Source of the DNA: an uncultured Chloroflexia bacterium
GTDB taxonomy: Bacteria > Chloroflexota > Ktedonobacteria > Ktedonobacterales > Ktedonobacteraceae
Length of the DNA: 64,000 nucleotides
Direction of reading: 5' to 3'
Assembly: GCA_963799245.1 (NCBI GenBank)
Contig: CAWCWN010000003.1
Coordinates: forward strand, 1,556,463-1,620,462
A program made the translations under genes and the position numbers. Within the stretch, counting starts at the first letter, position 1; every line of letters begins with the position of its first letter. Below, piece after piece: positions 19,272 through 29,427 of this stretch. Below the pieces are notes generated by a model. The model was not told where the DNA came from and searched no databases. It was given only the letters and a program-made list of their open reading frames with translations.

Positions 19272-20762
19272 ATGACTTCTAGCAAAGAAAAGGCGTATCG
19301 TCAGGGCCTTGCCCTCACCCTTTTATGCCTCGCAGAGTTCATGATCGTGCTTGATTTCTCGATAGTGAATGTAGCTCTCCCATCGATGCAGAGGGACCTT
19401 GGCTTTTCGACACAGAGCCTCCAGTGGGTGGTGAGCGCATATTCGCTCACCCTGGGCGGCTTCCTGCTGCTCGGTGGGCGCCTGGCGGACCTCTATGGCC
19501 GCCGCCTTCTTTATATCCTGGGGCTCGTCCTCTTCTCACTGGCCTCACTGGCAGGCGGCTTCGCGCCATCGAGCACCTGGCTGGTTATCGACCGGGCTTT
19601 ACAGGGGCTTGGCGCCGCGCTGGTAGCTCCTGCCGCCCTCTCGCTCATCACAACCACCTTCGCCGAAGGACCCGCGCGCAACAGGGCGTTTGGTCTCGTC
19701 GGGGCCCTGGCTTCCGCTGGTTTTGCCGTCGGAGCAATTCTGGGGGGAGTGCTTACCGCCGGGCCTGGCTGGCGCTGGGTCATGTTTGTGAACGTGCCAA
19801 TTGGCCTGGTCGCGGCCTTAGTGGCGCCATTTGTACTGCGCGAGAGCCGGGCGCGGGTCGAGCAGCGACGCGTTGACGTCTTTGGCGCGCTCACGGTAAC
19901 AGGCGGGCTCATTGTGCTGGTCTACGCACTCTCTGAGGGTAACGCGGCCGGCTGGCTTTCGCTGCAAACCCTTGGGCTGCTCGCCCTGGCCGCTGCTTTA
20001 CTGCTTGCCTTCGTGGTGATTGAGCTCCGTTCGGCATCTCCCCTTGTCCGGCTCGGTATTTTACGCCAGCGCAACGTCACAGGAGCTAACATCATCAATA
20101 TGCTCGCGCCTGGAGCATTCGGCGCGCTGGTTTTCATCCTGACCCTCTATATGCAGAAGGTGCTGGGCTACTCGGCATTTACCACGGGACTGGCCTTCCT
20201 GCCAATGGCGGTGGTGATTCTGATATTTTCCAATGTCGTCTCACGCCTGGTGGCGCGCTTCGGGGTCAAACCCTTTCTGGTGGGAGGGATAACTGGCCTG
20301 ATTATTGGCCTGCTCATGCTCACCCGCATCTCCGCCGCTGGAGACTACGCCGGGACGCTGTTGCCCGGCATCCTGGTGGTTTCTATAGGCATGGGCCCGA
20401 CCTTCGCGACCATAGTGATCGCCGCGACCGCGGGCGTCAATGATGACGAGCAGGGTCTGGCTTCGGGCCTGTTCAATACAACGCAGCAGGTCGGCTCTGG
20501 CCTCGTGCTGGCGATCGTCGTCGCGGTCTCATCTGCTCGTACGGCCGCGCTCCTGCAACAAGGGGGAAATGCTGGTAAAGTGGTGATCACCGCCGGACTT
20601 CAGTACGCGCTCTTCGCATGTGTGGGTATCGCTCTACTGGCGGTCCCGGCGGCTCTTTTTATGATACGTACAAGAAAGCAGCCTCCCGGCCGCAAAGATA
20701 CAATCCCGGCCCGCACCAGCTCCAGCACTCGTTCTCCCCTTCACCAGCGCCGACGCTGGTGA
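19272..20762 (+). CDS. MFS transporter, DHA2 (EmrB/QacA, 14-TM) family drug:H+ antiporter
   Basis: MTSSKEKAYRQGLALTLLCLAEFMIVLDFSIVNVALPSMQRDLGFS...GRLADLYGRR has the DHA2 signature. 14 hydrophobic segments. Start at the internal Met with AGAGGA RBS. Confidence 0.85.
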   Translation: MTSSKEKAYRQGLALTLLCLAEFMIVLDFSIVNVALPSMQRDLGFSTQSLQWVVSAYSLTLGGFLLLGGRLADLYGRRLLYILGLVLFSLASLAGGFAPSSTWLVIDRALQGLGAALVAPAALSLITTTFAEGPARNRAFGLVGALASAGFAVGAILGGVLTAGPGWRWVMFVNVPIGLVAALVAPFVLRESRARVEQRRVDVFGALTVTGGLIVLVYALSEGNAAGWLSLQTLGLLALAAALLLAFVVIELRSASPLVRLGILRQRNVTGANIINMLAPGAFGALVFILTLYMQKVLGYSAFTTGLAFLPMAVVILIFSNVVSRLVARFGVKPFLVGGITGLIIGLLMLTRISAAGDYAGTLLPGILVVSIGMGPTFATIVIAATAGVNDDEQGLASGLFNTTQQVGSGLVLAIVVAVSSARTAALLQQGGNAGKVVITAGLQYALFACVGIALLAVPAALFMIRTRKQPPGRKDTIPARTSSSTRSPLHQRRRW

Positions 20763-20768
20763 AGGGGA
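20737..20768 (+). terminator. GC-rich hairpin overlapping the MFS stop codon (ccccttcaccagcg-ccga-cgctggtgaagggg); no U-tract
   Basis: Perfect 14-bp inverted repeat seen directly. Confidence 0.4.
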
Positions 20769-21008
20769 GAGATGGCGCGAATGGGGAAGCGCCATAAGCC
20801 TGAGGTTTGATGGCACGTGACTGGGAGCGTCTCCTGGTGCTTGCACATGAAACCGATTGTTGTAGTATAGCATGCAGCCGCCGGGAGCGTCGAGCGACGG
20901 CTGCAACTACCATGTTCCGCTCTAACCAGAGCATTATCTTGATGAAACGCTTCGGCCAGGCAAATTTTATGGCTGCGGAAATTTGGCAAAATAGCTGCAA
21001 CTTTCAAT

Positions 21009-21076
21009 ACGATATATCGTAAATGGGAATAGAAAGATATATCGCGCTGTTGCAAATGGTGATTGCGATATATCGC
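21009..21076. promoter_or_regulatory. three copies of a palindromic 12-mer (aCGATATATCGt, aaGATATATCGc, gCGATATATCGc) upstream of the Gly/Trp-rich gene; candidate operator array
   Basis: Sites at 21009-21020, 21034-21045 and 21065-21076. Two are perfect 12-bp palindromes. The ORF start is 35 nt past the last site. Confidence 0.55.
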
Positions 21077-21110
21077 AAAGGTTCTCTCAATTGAAAGGAG
21101 CTGAAGAACA

Positions 21111-21566
21111 ATGTTCGGTGAATTTAACAGACAATCTGGCGATGCCCCCAGGGAAGCTAACTGGGAAGGCTGGACTCCTCCCTGGATGGCTGGTGAGGGA
21201 GAAGGCCCCCGTGGCTGGCGGGGCCACCACGGCCACAAGCACGGCTTTGGTGGACCTGGACATGGTTGGGGTTTTCGCGGCTGGCAGGGCCCTCGTGGTC
21301 CATTTGGCCCCGGTTTTGGGCCAGGCAGGCACTGGGGCGTTCCCGATGAACTTCTGGCGCTGCGCGCCGAGGCCGCTGAGGTCGCCAGGCTCTTCGCTAT
21401 CGCCAGCAGGGGCGCATTCGAGAACAGGGAGCGCCTGACACAATTGCGCGCCTTCCTTGATCGCTCGCGCAAGGAACTCTCTGATTTGATCTACGGGTCA
21501 GCTCAGGCCCAGCCGACAGGCAAGGGTGAGAGCGCAGGCGGTCCTACGGATATCGGCCAGGCGTAA
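21111..21566 (+). CDS. Gly/Trp/His/Pro-rich protein with helical C-terminal domain (HHGHKHGFGGPGHGWGFRGWQGPRGPFGPGFGPGRHWG); function unknown, possibly metal-binding
   Basis: GAAAGGAG RBS 8 nt upstream. The antisense ORF 20741..21472 is rejected. Confidence 0.5.
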   Translation: MFGEFNRQSGDAPREANWEGWTPPWMAGEGEGPRGWRGHHGHKHGFGGPGHGWGFRGWQGPRGPFGPGFGPGRHWGVPDELLALRAEAAEVARLFAIASRGAFENRERLTQLRAFLDRSRKELSDLIYGSAQAQPTGKGESAGGPTDIGQA

Positions 21567-21591
21567 ACTTGCTCTATCACCACTATAGGGC

Positions 21592-21750
21592 GTGAGCAAT
21601 CGCGCCCTATTTTTTGCGCACATTATTCACCCACACATCGTTCGTATCCTGGACTTTGGGCTGCAGGGTAATGCGCCTTTTCTTGTCATGGACTATGCCC
21701 CCAATGGCACGCTGCGCCAGCGGCACCGGCCTCGGCAACAGCGAGCTACT
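21592..21750 (+). pseudogene. Ser/Thr kinase gene fragment (subdomains IV-V only)
   Basis: HPHIVRILDFGLQGNAPFLVMDYAPNGTLRQRH is collinear with HPHIIRVLDFGMKGSVPYLVMSYAPHGSLREH of the 17494 kinase. No glycine loop upstream and no catalytic loop downstream. The 3' side is overlapped by the convergent 21750 gene. Confidence 0.5.
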
Positions 21751-22223
21751 TATTGCGTGGGTGGGTTCTCGCGCAGCGGGGAAGCCTGGTCGTCCCGTAA
21801 GAGCTGAAGCAGTCTCGGGCTCGTTGTGACAGGTGTGGCGCCGGCGTTATCAAGGATATGTTTGAGCTTTTCCGCGCTGAGGTCGCGCGTGGGATTCCAG
21901 CCATAACGTTTGAGGTCTACACGCTCGTCAGCGTCGAAAATTATGCCCTCCGCCTCCAGCAGCGCTCGCATTTTTCCGCGCTGGCCGAAGGCCCAGCTCC
22001 CCGACAACTCACCCTTGCTATTGATGACGCGCTGCGCCGGCACTCCCTCCGGAGTCTCGTTCATGATCCAGCCAACCATGCGCGCTCCGCGCGGATAGCC
22101 CACAGCTTTCGCCAGCCAGCCATACGTGGTGACTCGCCCGGCGGGACACGCCCGTACCAGGGCGAAGACCTGAGACTTAAGCATAGACGCCTGCTTTTGC
22201 AGTGGGGATTCTTCGTCGGACAT
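21750..22223 (-). CDS. MGMT-family DNA-binding domain protein, alkyltransferase-like (active-site Cys replaced: PAQRV instead of PCHRV)
   Basis: VFALVRACPAGRVTTYGWLAKAVGYPRGARMVGWIM...GVPAQRVINSKGELSG is the O6-alkylguanine-transferase DNA-binding domain without the acceptor Cys. GGAGG RBS fits the Met at 22223. Confidence 0.65.
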   Translation of the reverse strand: MSDEESPLQKQASMLKSQVFALVRACPAGRVTTYGWLAKAVGYPRGARMVGWIMNETPEGVPAQRVINSKGELSGSWAFGQRGKMRALLEAEGIIFDADERVDLKRYGWNPTRDLSAEKLKHILDNAGATPVTTSPRLLQLLRDDQASPLRENPPTQ

Positions 22224-22434
22224 ACATTTCATTGCCTCCTTTTCAGGTCAGAGCGTAACATGTCATGCACTCTTTAGCAAGCCTGCTAAGCGCGACAGCG
22301 GTTCGTGCGCACTATGTAGTAGTTAGTATATAGGATGCGGGCTTACACTAGCTATAGGGACTGCTTTGCTCGTCTCGCAAACGATGGTATAGTGAGTATA
22401 GCTGGAGCTCGTAGATCATGAACTGGAGAAAGAC

Positions 22435-23370
22435 ATGCAAACGCAGGACAAGAGCGCTAAAGAGATGCAAGCTGAAGTGTGGCCAGCGCTGCCTTTTGAC
22501 GCCTGGAAGGACACACTCGCGACGCTGCATATGTGGACACAGGTCGTTGGAAAGGTGAGGCTTGAGCTGAGCCCGTATGTAAACCACTGGTGGCAGGTGC
22601 CATTCTACGTGAGTGCGCGCGGCATAACGACGTCTCCAATCCCCTATAAAAACGGCCTCTTTGAGGTCAACTTTGACTTCATTGATCACAACCTGCTCGT
22701 ATCTACAAGCGGGGGAGCTACAAGAGCTATGCCCCTGATTTCACGTTCGGTGGCTGATTTTTACCAGGAATGTATGGCGGTGTTGCGCTCCCTGGGTATT
22801 GAGGTGCGGATCAATACGCTGCCATGCGAAGTGACGCATCCTATTCGCTGTGATGAAGACCGGGAGCACCGTTCATACGATGCGGAATATGCCAATCGCT
22901 TCTGGCGGGTTCTTGTGCAGACAAATATAGCATTACAGGAACAGCGCTCCTTTTTTATTGGCAAGAGCAGCCCCGTTCATTTTTTCTGGGGCAGCTTTGA
23001 CCTGGCGCTGACCTTTTTTTCCGGGCGGCGCGCGCCCGAGCGCGCGGGGGCGGACCGTATCACACGGGAAGCCTACTCCCATGAGGTAATCAGCTTTGGT
23101 TTCTGGCCGGGCAATGAGCAATTTCCCAGGCCTGCTTTCTATTCCTATACCGCGCCAGCGCCCCAGGGGCTGAATACGGCGCCACTGCGCCCGGCCGCAG
23201 CATTCTATAGCCCGGAAATGGCCGAGTTCCTTCTCCTGTACGATGATGTACGCGGCCATGCTGCTCCTCGCCAGGAGTTGCTCGCCTTTTTTTACAGCGC
23301 CTATGAAGCCGGGGCGAACCTGGCTCACTGGGACCGTGCGACCCTCGAACGCGGCGGAGAGGGGCAATAA
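22435..23370 (+). CDS. conserved hypothetical protein (DUF5996-like)
   Basis: MQAEVWPALPFDAWKDTLATLHMWTQVVGKVRLELSPYVNHWWQVPFYVSARG... The family name is from memory of this N-terminal signature. Confidence 0.45.
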   Translation: MQTQDKSAKEMQAEVWPALPFDAWKDTLATLHMWTQVVGKVRLELSPYVNHWWQVPFYVSARGITTSPIPYKNGLFEVNFDFIDHNLLVSTSGGATRAMPLISRSVADFYQECMAVLRSLGIEVRINTLPCEVTHPIRCDEDREHRSYDAEYANRFWRVLVQTNIALQEQRSFFIGKSSPVHFFWGSFDLALTFFSGRRAPERAGADRITREAYSHEVISFGFWPGNEQFPRPAFYSYTAPAPQGLNTAPLRPAAAFYSPEMAEFLLLYDDVRGHAAPRQELLAFFYSAYEAGANLAHWDRATLERGGEGQ

Positions 23371-24170
23371 AGCGGCCCGTTATGCGGGCGCTCTATGGAT
23401 TTGCGCGCGTTGTTCAGATTTTCTACGGCTGCGCTGATCATGCAGCCGACATCCGTGGCCGCGTTGACCATCTGGAAGCCCTGGTGCACGCGCATAGCCG
23501 CGGCTTCTCCGTCGTTTGAGAAGATGCCGAGGGCGATGTTTTGCTTGCGCGCCTGCTTCTTGATGCCTTCCAGGGCATCCAGTAAAGCTGGCTCGGCTCC
23601 TTCGCTGCTGGGCGTCAGGCCGAGTTGAGCATGCAGATCATCTGGCCCCACAAAAGCCACATCGACGCCTGGAACCTCGAAGATCTCATCGAGGTGCTGT
23701 AGAGCCGGGACGCTCTCGATCTGAATGGCCACGAGTATTTCATCGTTCGCCACGGCTGCATAGCTGCGCCAGTCGTTCGTGCCGAAGCCGTAGGGTGCAA
23801 ACGTGCCACCAATGCTGCGTAAACCTAGAGGAGGATATTTTGAGCATTCTACCGCGCGTCGCGCCTCTTCATGTGAGTTGACCATGGGAACGACAACTCC
23901 CCATGCGCCAGCATCCAGGGCCCACTTGAACCACTCGACACTGTTGTTCGGCACGCGTACAATGGGGGCGCAGGTGCCGGCATCGGCTATGGCGCCCACA
24001 ATGTCGGCCATGAGCGCGGGGTTATGGGCACTGTGCTCCATATCCACCAGCAGCCAATCAAAACCGATGCGGGCCATAATACGGGCCGAAGAAACAGCGG
24101 GCAGGCTCAACCATGCCCCCAGGGCAGGCTCGCCGCGCTTGAGCTTTGCCTTTACAGAGTTTGTGCGCAT
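23325..24170 (-). CDS. HpcH/HpaI-family aldolase (2-keto-3-deoxy-acid aldolase)
   Basis: KAKLKRGEPALGAWLSLPAVSSARIMARIGFDWLLVDMEHS...VAIQIESVPALQHLDEIFEVPGVDVAFVGPDDL. GGAGAAGGAG RBS. The 3' end overlaps the convergent 22435 gene by ~45 nt. Confidence 0.8.
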   Translation of the reverse strand: MRTNSVKAKLKRGEPALGAWLSLPAVSSARIMARIGFDWLLVDMEHSAHNPALMADIVGAIADAGTCAPIVRVPNNSVEWFKWALDAGAWGVVVPMVNSHEEARRAVECSKYPPLGLRSIGGTFAPYGFGTNDWRSYAAVANDEILVAIQIESVPALQHLDEIFEVPGVDVAFVGPDDLHAQLGLTPSSEGAEPALLDALEGIKKQARKQNIALGIFSNDGEAAAMRVHQGFQMVNAATDVGCMISAAVENLNNARKSIERPHNGPLYCPSPPRSRVARSQ

Positions 24171-24220
24171 CTCCTTCTCCTCATTGTTTTTAACGTATGA
24201 TGTCCTGGTAGCGCGCATGA

Positions 24221-25732
<1,512 letters not shown>

Positions 25733-25838
25733 GGCTCCCTATTCCGGCCGCCAACGACGCTCTCGCGTCTACCTTCGGTCAGGCGGCCGGAGCGGAAGTG
25801 AGGATGTTGTACAGAAGAAGGAACAAAAAAAGATACAT

Positions 25839-26720
25839 ATGGTAAATCAACGTACATCAGATGTTGGCAGTCGCTCCGAGCGGCGCACTGCCCATGTCAT
25901 TCACTATGACCTGAGCTACGTCGTACAGGGAGCCGCGTACGGTACGGACGGCGCCATAGTGCTCCTGCATGATATTGTGGGTGGAGCGTTTACCTGGTTT
26001 GATATTATGCCTCAGCTTGCCGCCATCGGCTGCGCCGTCTACGCCATCGATCTGCTTGGCTATGGACAGTCCGATCATCCCTGGCCGGCCGATACCTCGA
26101 ACTGGGGCCAGGCTGATAACCTCTCTCTGTTGTTTGAGCAGCTTAACCTCACCAATATCGTGCTGGTCGGCCAGGGCATGGGTGGCGCCGTCGCCCAGGT
26201 GCTGGCCACGCGCTTGAGCCGCGAGCGCATTGCGGCCCTCGTGCTTATCGATAGCAACTGCTATGATTATGCTTTTGCCCCTGACTGGCCTTTGACCGAG
26301 ATGAAAAAGCGCCAGGAGTATGATGCGCCCAAGCAGATATCCGTTGAAGACCTGCTGCAGAACCTGAGGCAGACCATCCCCAGCGCCTCAAGTAACCCGC
26401 AGCGCTTTGCGGATGTCGTGGGTGCTTATATCGAACAGTGGGATAGCGAGCTGAGCAAAGAGGTGCTCTTCCAGCATGTGCGCCTGCAAAATCCCAGCTA
26501 TGTCAATTCAGTATCCTCCGACCTGCAAAAGTTTGACAAGCCCGCGCTGATTATCTGGGGCCAGAAAGATCAGCAGGTACCCTTGAAATATGCCAAGCGG
26601 CTGCATCGCGCTATACCCGCGTCGCGCCTGGTCATCGTACCTGATGCTGCTCACCTGATCCTCTTCGATGCCCCTGCCGCCGTGGCAAGTGCCATCAGCG
26701 ATTTTGTGAGCAGACTTTAA
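25839..26720 (+). CDS. alpha/beta-fold hydrolase
   Basis: IVLLHDIVGGAFTW...LVGQGMGGAVAQ (GxGxG variant of the nucleophile elbow)...PDAAHLILFDAP. Start at the internal Met (ORF residue 91). Confidence 0.7.
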   Translation: MVNQRTSDVGSRSERRTAHVIHYDLSYVVQGAAYGTDGAIVLLHDIVGGAFTWFDIMPQLAAIGCAVYAIDLLGYGQSDHPWPADTSNWGQADNLSLLFEQLNLTNIVLVGQGMGGAVAQVLATRLSRERIAALVLIDSNCYDYAFAPDWPLTEMKKRQEYDAPKQISVEDLLQNLRQTIPSASSNPQRFADVVGAYIEQWDSELSKEVLFQHVRLQNPSYVNSVSSDLQKFDKPALIIWGQKDQQVPLKYAKRLHRAIPASRLVIVPDAAHLILFDAPAAVASAISDFVSRL

Positions 26721-26733
26721 AAATCCTGCGCTG

Positions 26734-26778
26734 CTGCAGAGAGAAAACGCCACAGCATGTGGCGTTTTCTCTCTGCAG
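26734..26778. terminator. intrinsic terminator: 19-bp perfect stem (ctgcagagagaaaacgccaca-gcat-gtggcgttttctctctgcag) with T-rich 3' arm
   Basis: Direct inspection immediately after the hydrolase stop. Confidence 0.75.
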
Positions 26779-26808
26779 CATGCTCTTACGATGAGGAGAA
26801 CGTCCCCT

Positions 26809-27738
26809 ATGCCTATTGCTATCGTTGTTCATGGTGGAGCGGGCAAGATACCTGCTGAACGAGCCGCCAGCGCTCAGGTTGGTTGCCGGGAGGCCATACT
26901 GGTAGGATGGCGAATGCTACAGCATGGCGCTTGCGCTCTCGATGCCGTTGAGGCTACCGTGCGCCTGCTTGAAGATAATCCCCATTTCAATGCCGGGAGC
27001 GGCGCAGTACTCACCTCTGACGGTAATATTGAACTGGATGCCGGCATAATGGAAGGCAAGACCCTGCGCGTTGGCGCGGTCGCTGGAGTTGAGTGCGTGA
27101 AAAACCCTATCTCACTCGCCCGCAGGGTTATGGAAAGTCCCCATGTTTTGCTCGTTGGCAGGGGAGCTCAGGCATTTGCCCAGGAACAGGGAATCGCCCT
27201 CTGTGAGTTTGCAGAACTCTTGAGCGACTACCAGTACGCGCGCTGGAAAGATCATAAGGAGCAGGCGGCGCTGGCAGGGCAGGAGCCGCGCTACCATCGC
27301 CGCGAGGTCAATGCGACGCCCGCGCATGAGGAGAAACACGGGACCGTAGGAGCCGTTGCCATCGATGCTTCTGGTACGCTGGCCGCCGCTACCTCGACGG
27401 GGGGCACATTCAATCAATATCCCGGTCGCGTCGGCAATTCACCGCTGGTGGGCTGCGGCTTCTACGCTGACGAAAACGCGGCTATTTGCTGTACGGGCCA
27501 CGGTGAAGACTTCATTCGCCTGCTCATCGCCAAGCGTGCCGCCGATTTTGTCGCAGGTGGCGCAAGCGCGCGCGACGCAGCCCAGGCTGCCATTGCGGTC
27601 CTGACGGCGAAGACCCGCGGTGTCGGCGGTTTAATCGTCGTAGACCACCTGGGCAATGCTGGTTTTGCCTGGAACAGCGAGCAGATGGCCTATGCCTATC
27701 TTGTAGAAGGTATGACAGAACCACTTAGCGGCATCTAG
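26809..27738 (+). CDS. iaaA: isoaspartyl peptidase / L-asparaginase (Ntn hydrolase)
   Basis: MPIAIVVHGGAGK...GTVGAVAIDASG (autoprocessing GT|VG)... Confidence 0.85.
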   Translation: MPIAIVVHGGAGKIPAERAASAQVGCREAILVGWRMLQHGACALDAVEATVRLLEDNPHFNAGSGAVLTSDGNIELDAGIMEGKTLRVGAVAGVECVKNPISLARRVMESPHVLLVGRGAQAFAQEQGIALCEFAELLSDYQYARWKDHKEQAALAGQEPRYHRREVNATPAHEEKHGTVGAVAIDASGTLAAATSTGGTFNQYPGRVGNSPLVGCGFYADENAAICCTGHGEDFIRLLIAKRAADFVAGGASARDAAQAAIAVLTAKTRGVGGLIVVDHLGNAGFAWNSEQMAYAYLVEGMTEPLSGI

Positions 27739-28187
27739 TGAAAGATGGCGCCACCCGCGAAGTAGCCGACAGCGAAACACAGCGCAAAAACGACCAGGCC
27801 CAATACGAGCAGCCAGAGTAGAGGTGAGCGGCGCCTGGCGCCCATTGGGAAGGCCGGAGCTAGCATGGGTGGAGTTGTTTCCGGGCCGGGATACGCTCCC
27901 TGACGAGTAGCCAGGGGGTTGATTGAGGAGGCATCGGCGATCGTCATAGCTGAATTTACGGGCTCTACCTCCATGGCGGCCAGCTTGCCACTGTTATAAG
28001 CGGCGAGCCTGGAGCCGTGTTGGCCGGCGGGTGATATATTTCCCGCGTTGTCGGGAACTCGCTGAGGAGTTTGCCCGCCTCGAGCAACGTCTGCCTGCTG
28101 TAGAGGTGGGATAGCCGGACTGCCTACCAGGACGGGAGCTCTCGCCTCCAGCGTCTCCGTCAATGTCTTCAGTTCATCGTAAAGCAC
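27735..28187 (-). CDS. Pro-rich segment plus C-terminal TM helix; probably the 3' continuation (membrane anchor) of the 28174..28953 pseudokinase gene in another frame
   Basis: ORF overlaps the upstream gene by 14 nt in a different frame and ends with LLWLLVLGLVVFALCFAVGYFAGGAIFH. Confidence 0.4.
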   Translation of the reverse strand: MLYDELKTLTETLEARAPVLVGSPAIPPLQQADVARGGQTPQRVPDNAGNISPAGQHGSRLAAYNSGKLAAMEVEPVNSAMTIADASSINPLATRQGAYPGPETTPPMLAPAFPMGARRRSPLLWLLVLGLVVFALCFAVGYFAGGAIFH

Positions 28188-28953
28188 TTCTACCTTTGTG
28201 ATATGCTGCGGATGCTGTCGAAATCACCGTACGCGCAATCAGTTCACACAATTCAGGAGGCACGCTGCGTGGGAAACGAAGGCGGCCATCCGCAGGCGGC
28301 TCCACAGTTGTGCTGGCGGGGGCGTGACTGGTGAGCAGCTGGTAGAGCAGGAGCCCGGTTGCGCGAACATCGTCGGCCTGCCGTCCCTCGCTGACCGCTC
28401 CCCATGGCAGATCTCTATCGGCCAGGACTACTCCGCCACCCCCCAGGTTATTCCAGGCGCTGAAATAGGCGATGTCGCTGGGGAGCCCAAAGTTGCTAAC
28501 GCGGATCAGCCCGCGGTGGTCGCGTAGAATTGCAACGGGTGTCAAATCGCCATGGCAGACGCGTCGTGTGGGACTGCTGGCATACAGTAGCGCCAGGCAG
28601 ACCTGTCGTCCAATATCTGTGACTTCGTGAGCCAGCAGGGGCGCCTGCATGAGGGCCGCAAAATCGTCGCCCTCGACGTATTCCTGGATCAGATAGAGCC
28701 GATCAGGTTTAGCAACAAGATCATAGAGGCCAATGATGTTGGGATAGGAGAATTGGGACGTCATGCGAACAGCGGCTCGGTACGCGGGTAGCTGGTCGGC
28801 AGGCACAGATTTCACTGCTACATTACGCTGAAATAGCTGGTCCACTCCATGGTAAACCGTACTAAACTGTCCCTGTTTAATCAGATGTTGGAGCAGGTAA
28901 TGCCCACCAATGACCAGGCCTGTTTCCACAATTTGCCTCTTAATAATATTCAA
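28174..28953 (-). CDS. protein-kinase-like domain, predicted pseudokinase (HGDLTPVAIL for HRDLKPxN; NFG for DFG)
   Basis: Glycine-loop region GQFSTVYHG and VAVK are present, but the catalytic-loop Lys/Asn and the DFG Asp are substituted. Confidence 0.6.
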   Translation of the reverse strand: MNIIKRQIVETGLVIGGHYLLQHLIKQGQFSTVYHGVDQLFQRNVAVKSVPADQLPAYRAAVRMTSQFSYPNIIGLYDLVAKPDRLYLIQEYVEGDDFAALMQAPLLAHEVTDIGRQVCLALLYASSPTRRVCHGDLTPVAILRDHRGLIRVSNFGLPSDIAYFSAWNNLGGGGVVLADRDLPWGAVSEGRQADDVRATGLLLYQLLTSHAPASTTVEPPADGRLRFPRSVPPELCELIARTVISTASAAYHKGRSALR

Positions 28954-28956
28954 TAC

Positions 28957-29187
28957 TTAAACGTCCTGTGGGGCCAGTGTGACCGCCCCTGCGATATTCG
29001 TGTCTGGACCGTGCTTCCCGCGCACAACTCGCAGCGACTGACCTATGACTGGCAGGCATAAGTCGCGTAAACGCGCCTGTAAGGGTACGATCAAGAGATC
29101 TCCGGCCTGGGCTACCTGCCCTCCAAGAATGATTATGCCCGGGTTTATCATAACCATGAGCATGGTGCAGGGTCCTGACGATACCAT
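28957..29187 (-). pseudogene. ROK-family (NagC/XylR/glucokinase) C-terminal remnant
   Basis: NPGIIILGGQVAQAGDLLIVPLQARLRDLCLP...GAVTLA matches only the last ~65 aa of ROK proteins. Nothing ROK-like upstream. Confidence 0.45.
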
Positions 29188-29427
29188 TTGTCATTTCAAT
29201 CCCCTATCACATACATTTCGTCAGAACGACTACAGGGACGTAGCGGTATTGTGGCCAGGCCTAAATTGAGGCGGCGGCAACATTATAGCATATTACCATT
29301 CGCCCGCAAAGAGTTGCTGAGAAGAGCGCAGGGTTGTGCAACGTAGGCATATTGCAAAGCATGTCCTCTATTGTTACAATACCACGTAGATAAAGATAGC
29401 ATTTGCTTATTGGGAGCTTTGGAATCA

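Noticed and set aside
20741-21472. 243-aa minus-strand ORF spanning the operator array and the Gly/Trp-rich gene
   Set aside because: No RBS, Pro/Gly/Arg-rich nonsense composition. The plus-strand gene has a canonical RBS and operator architecture.
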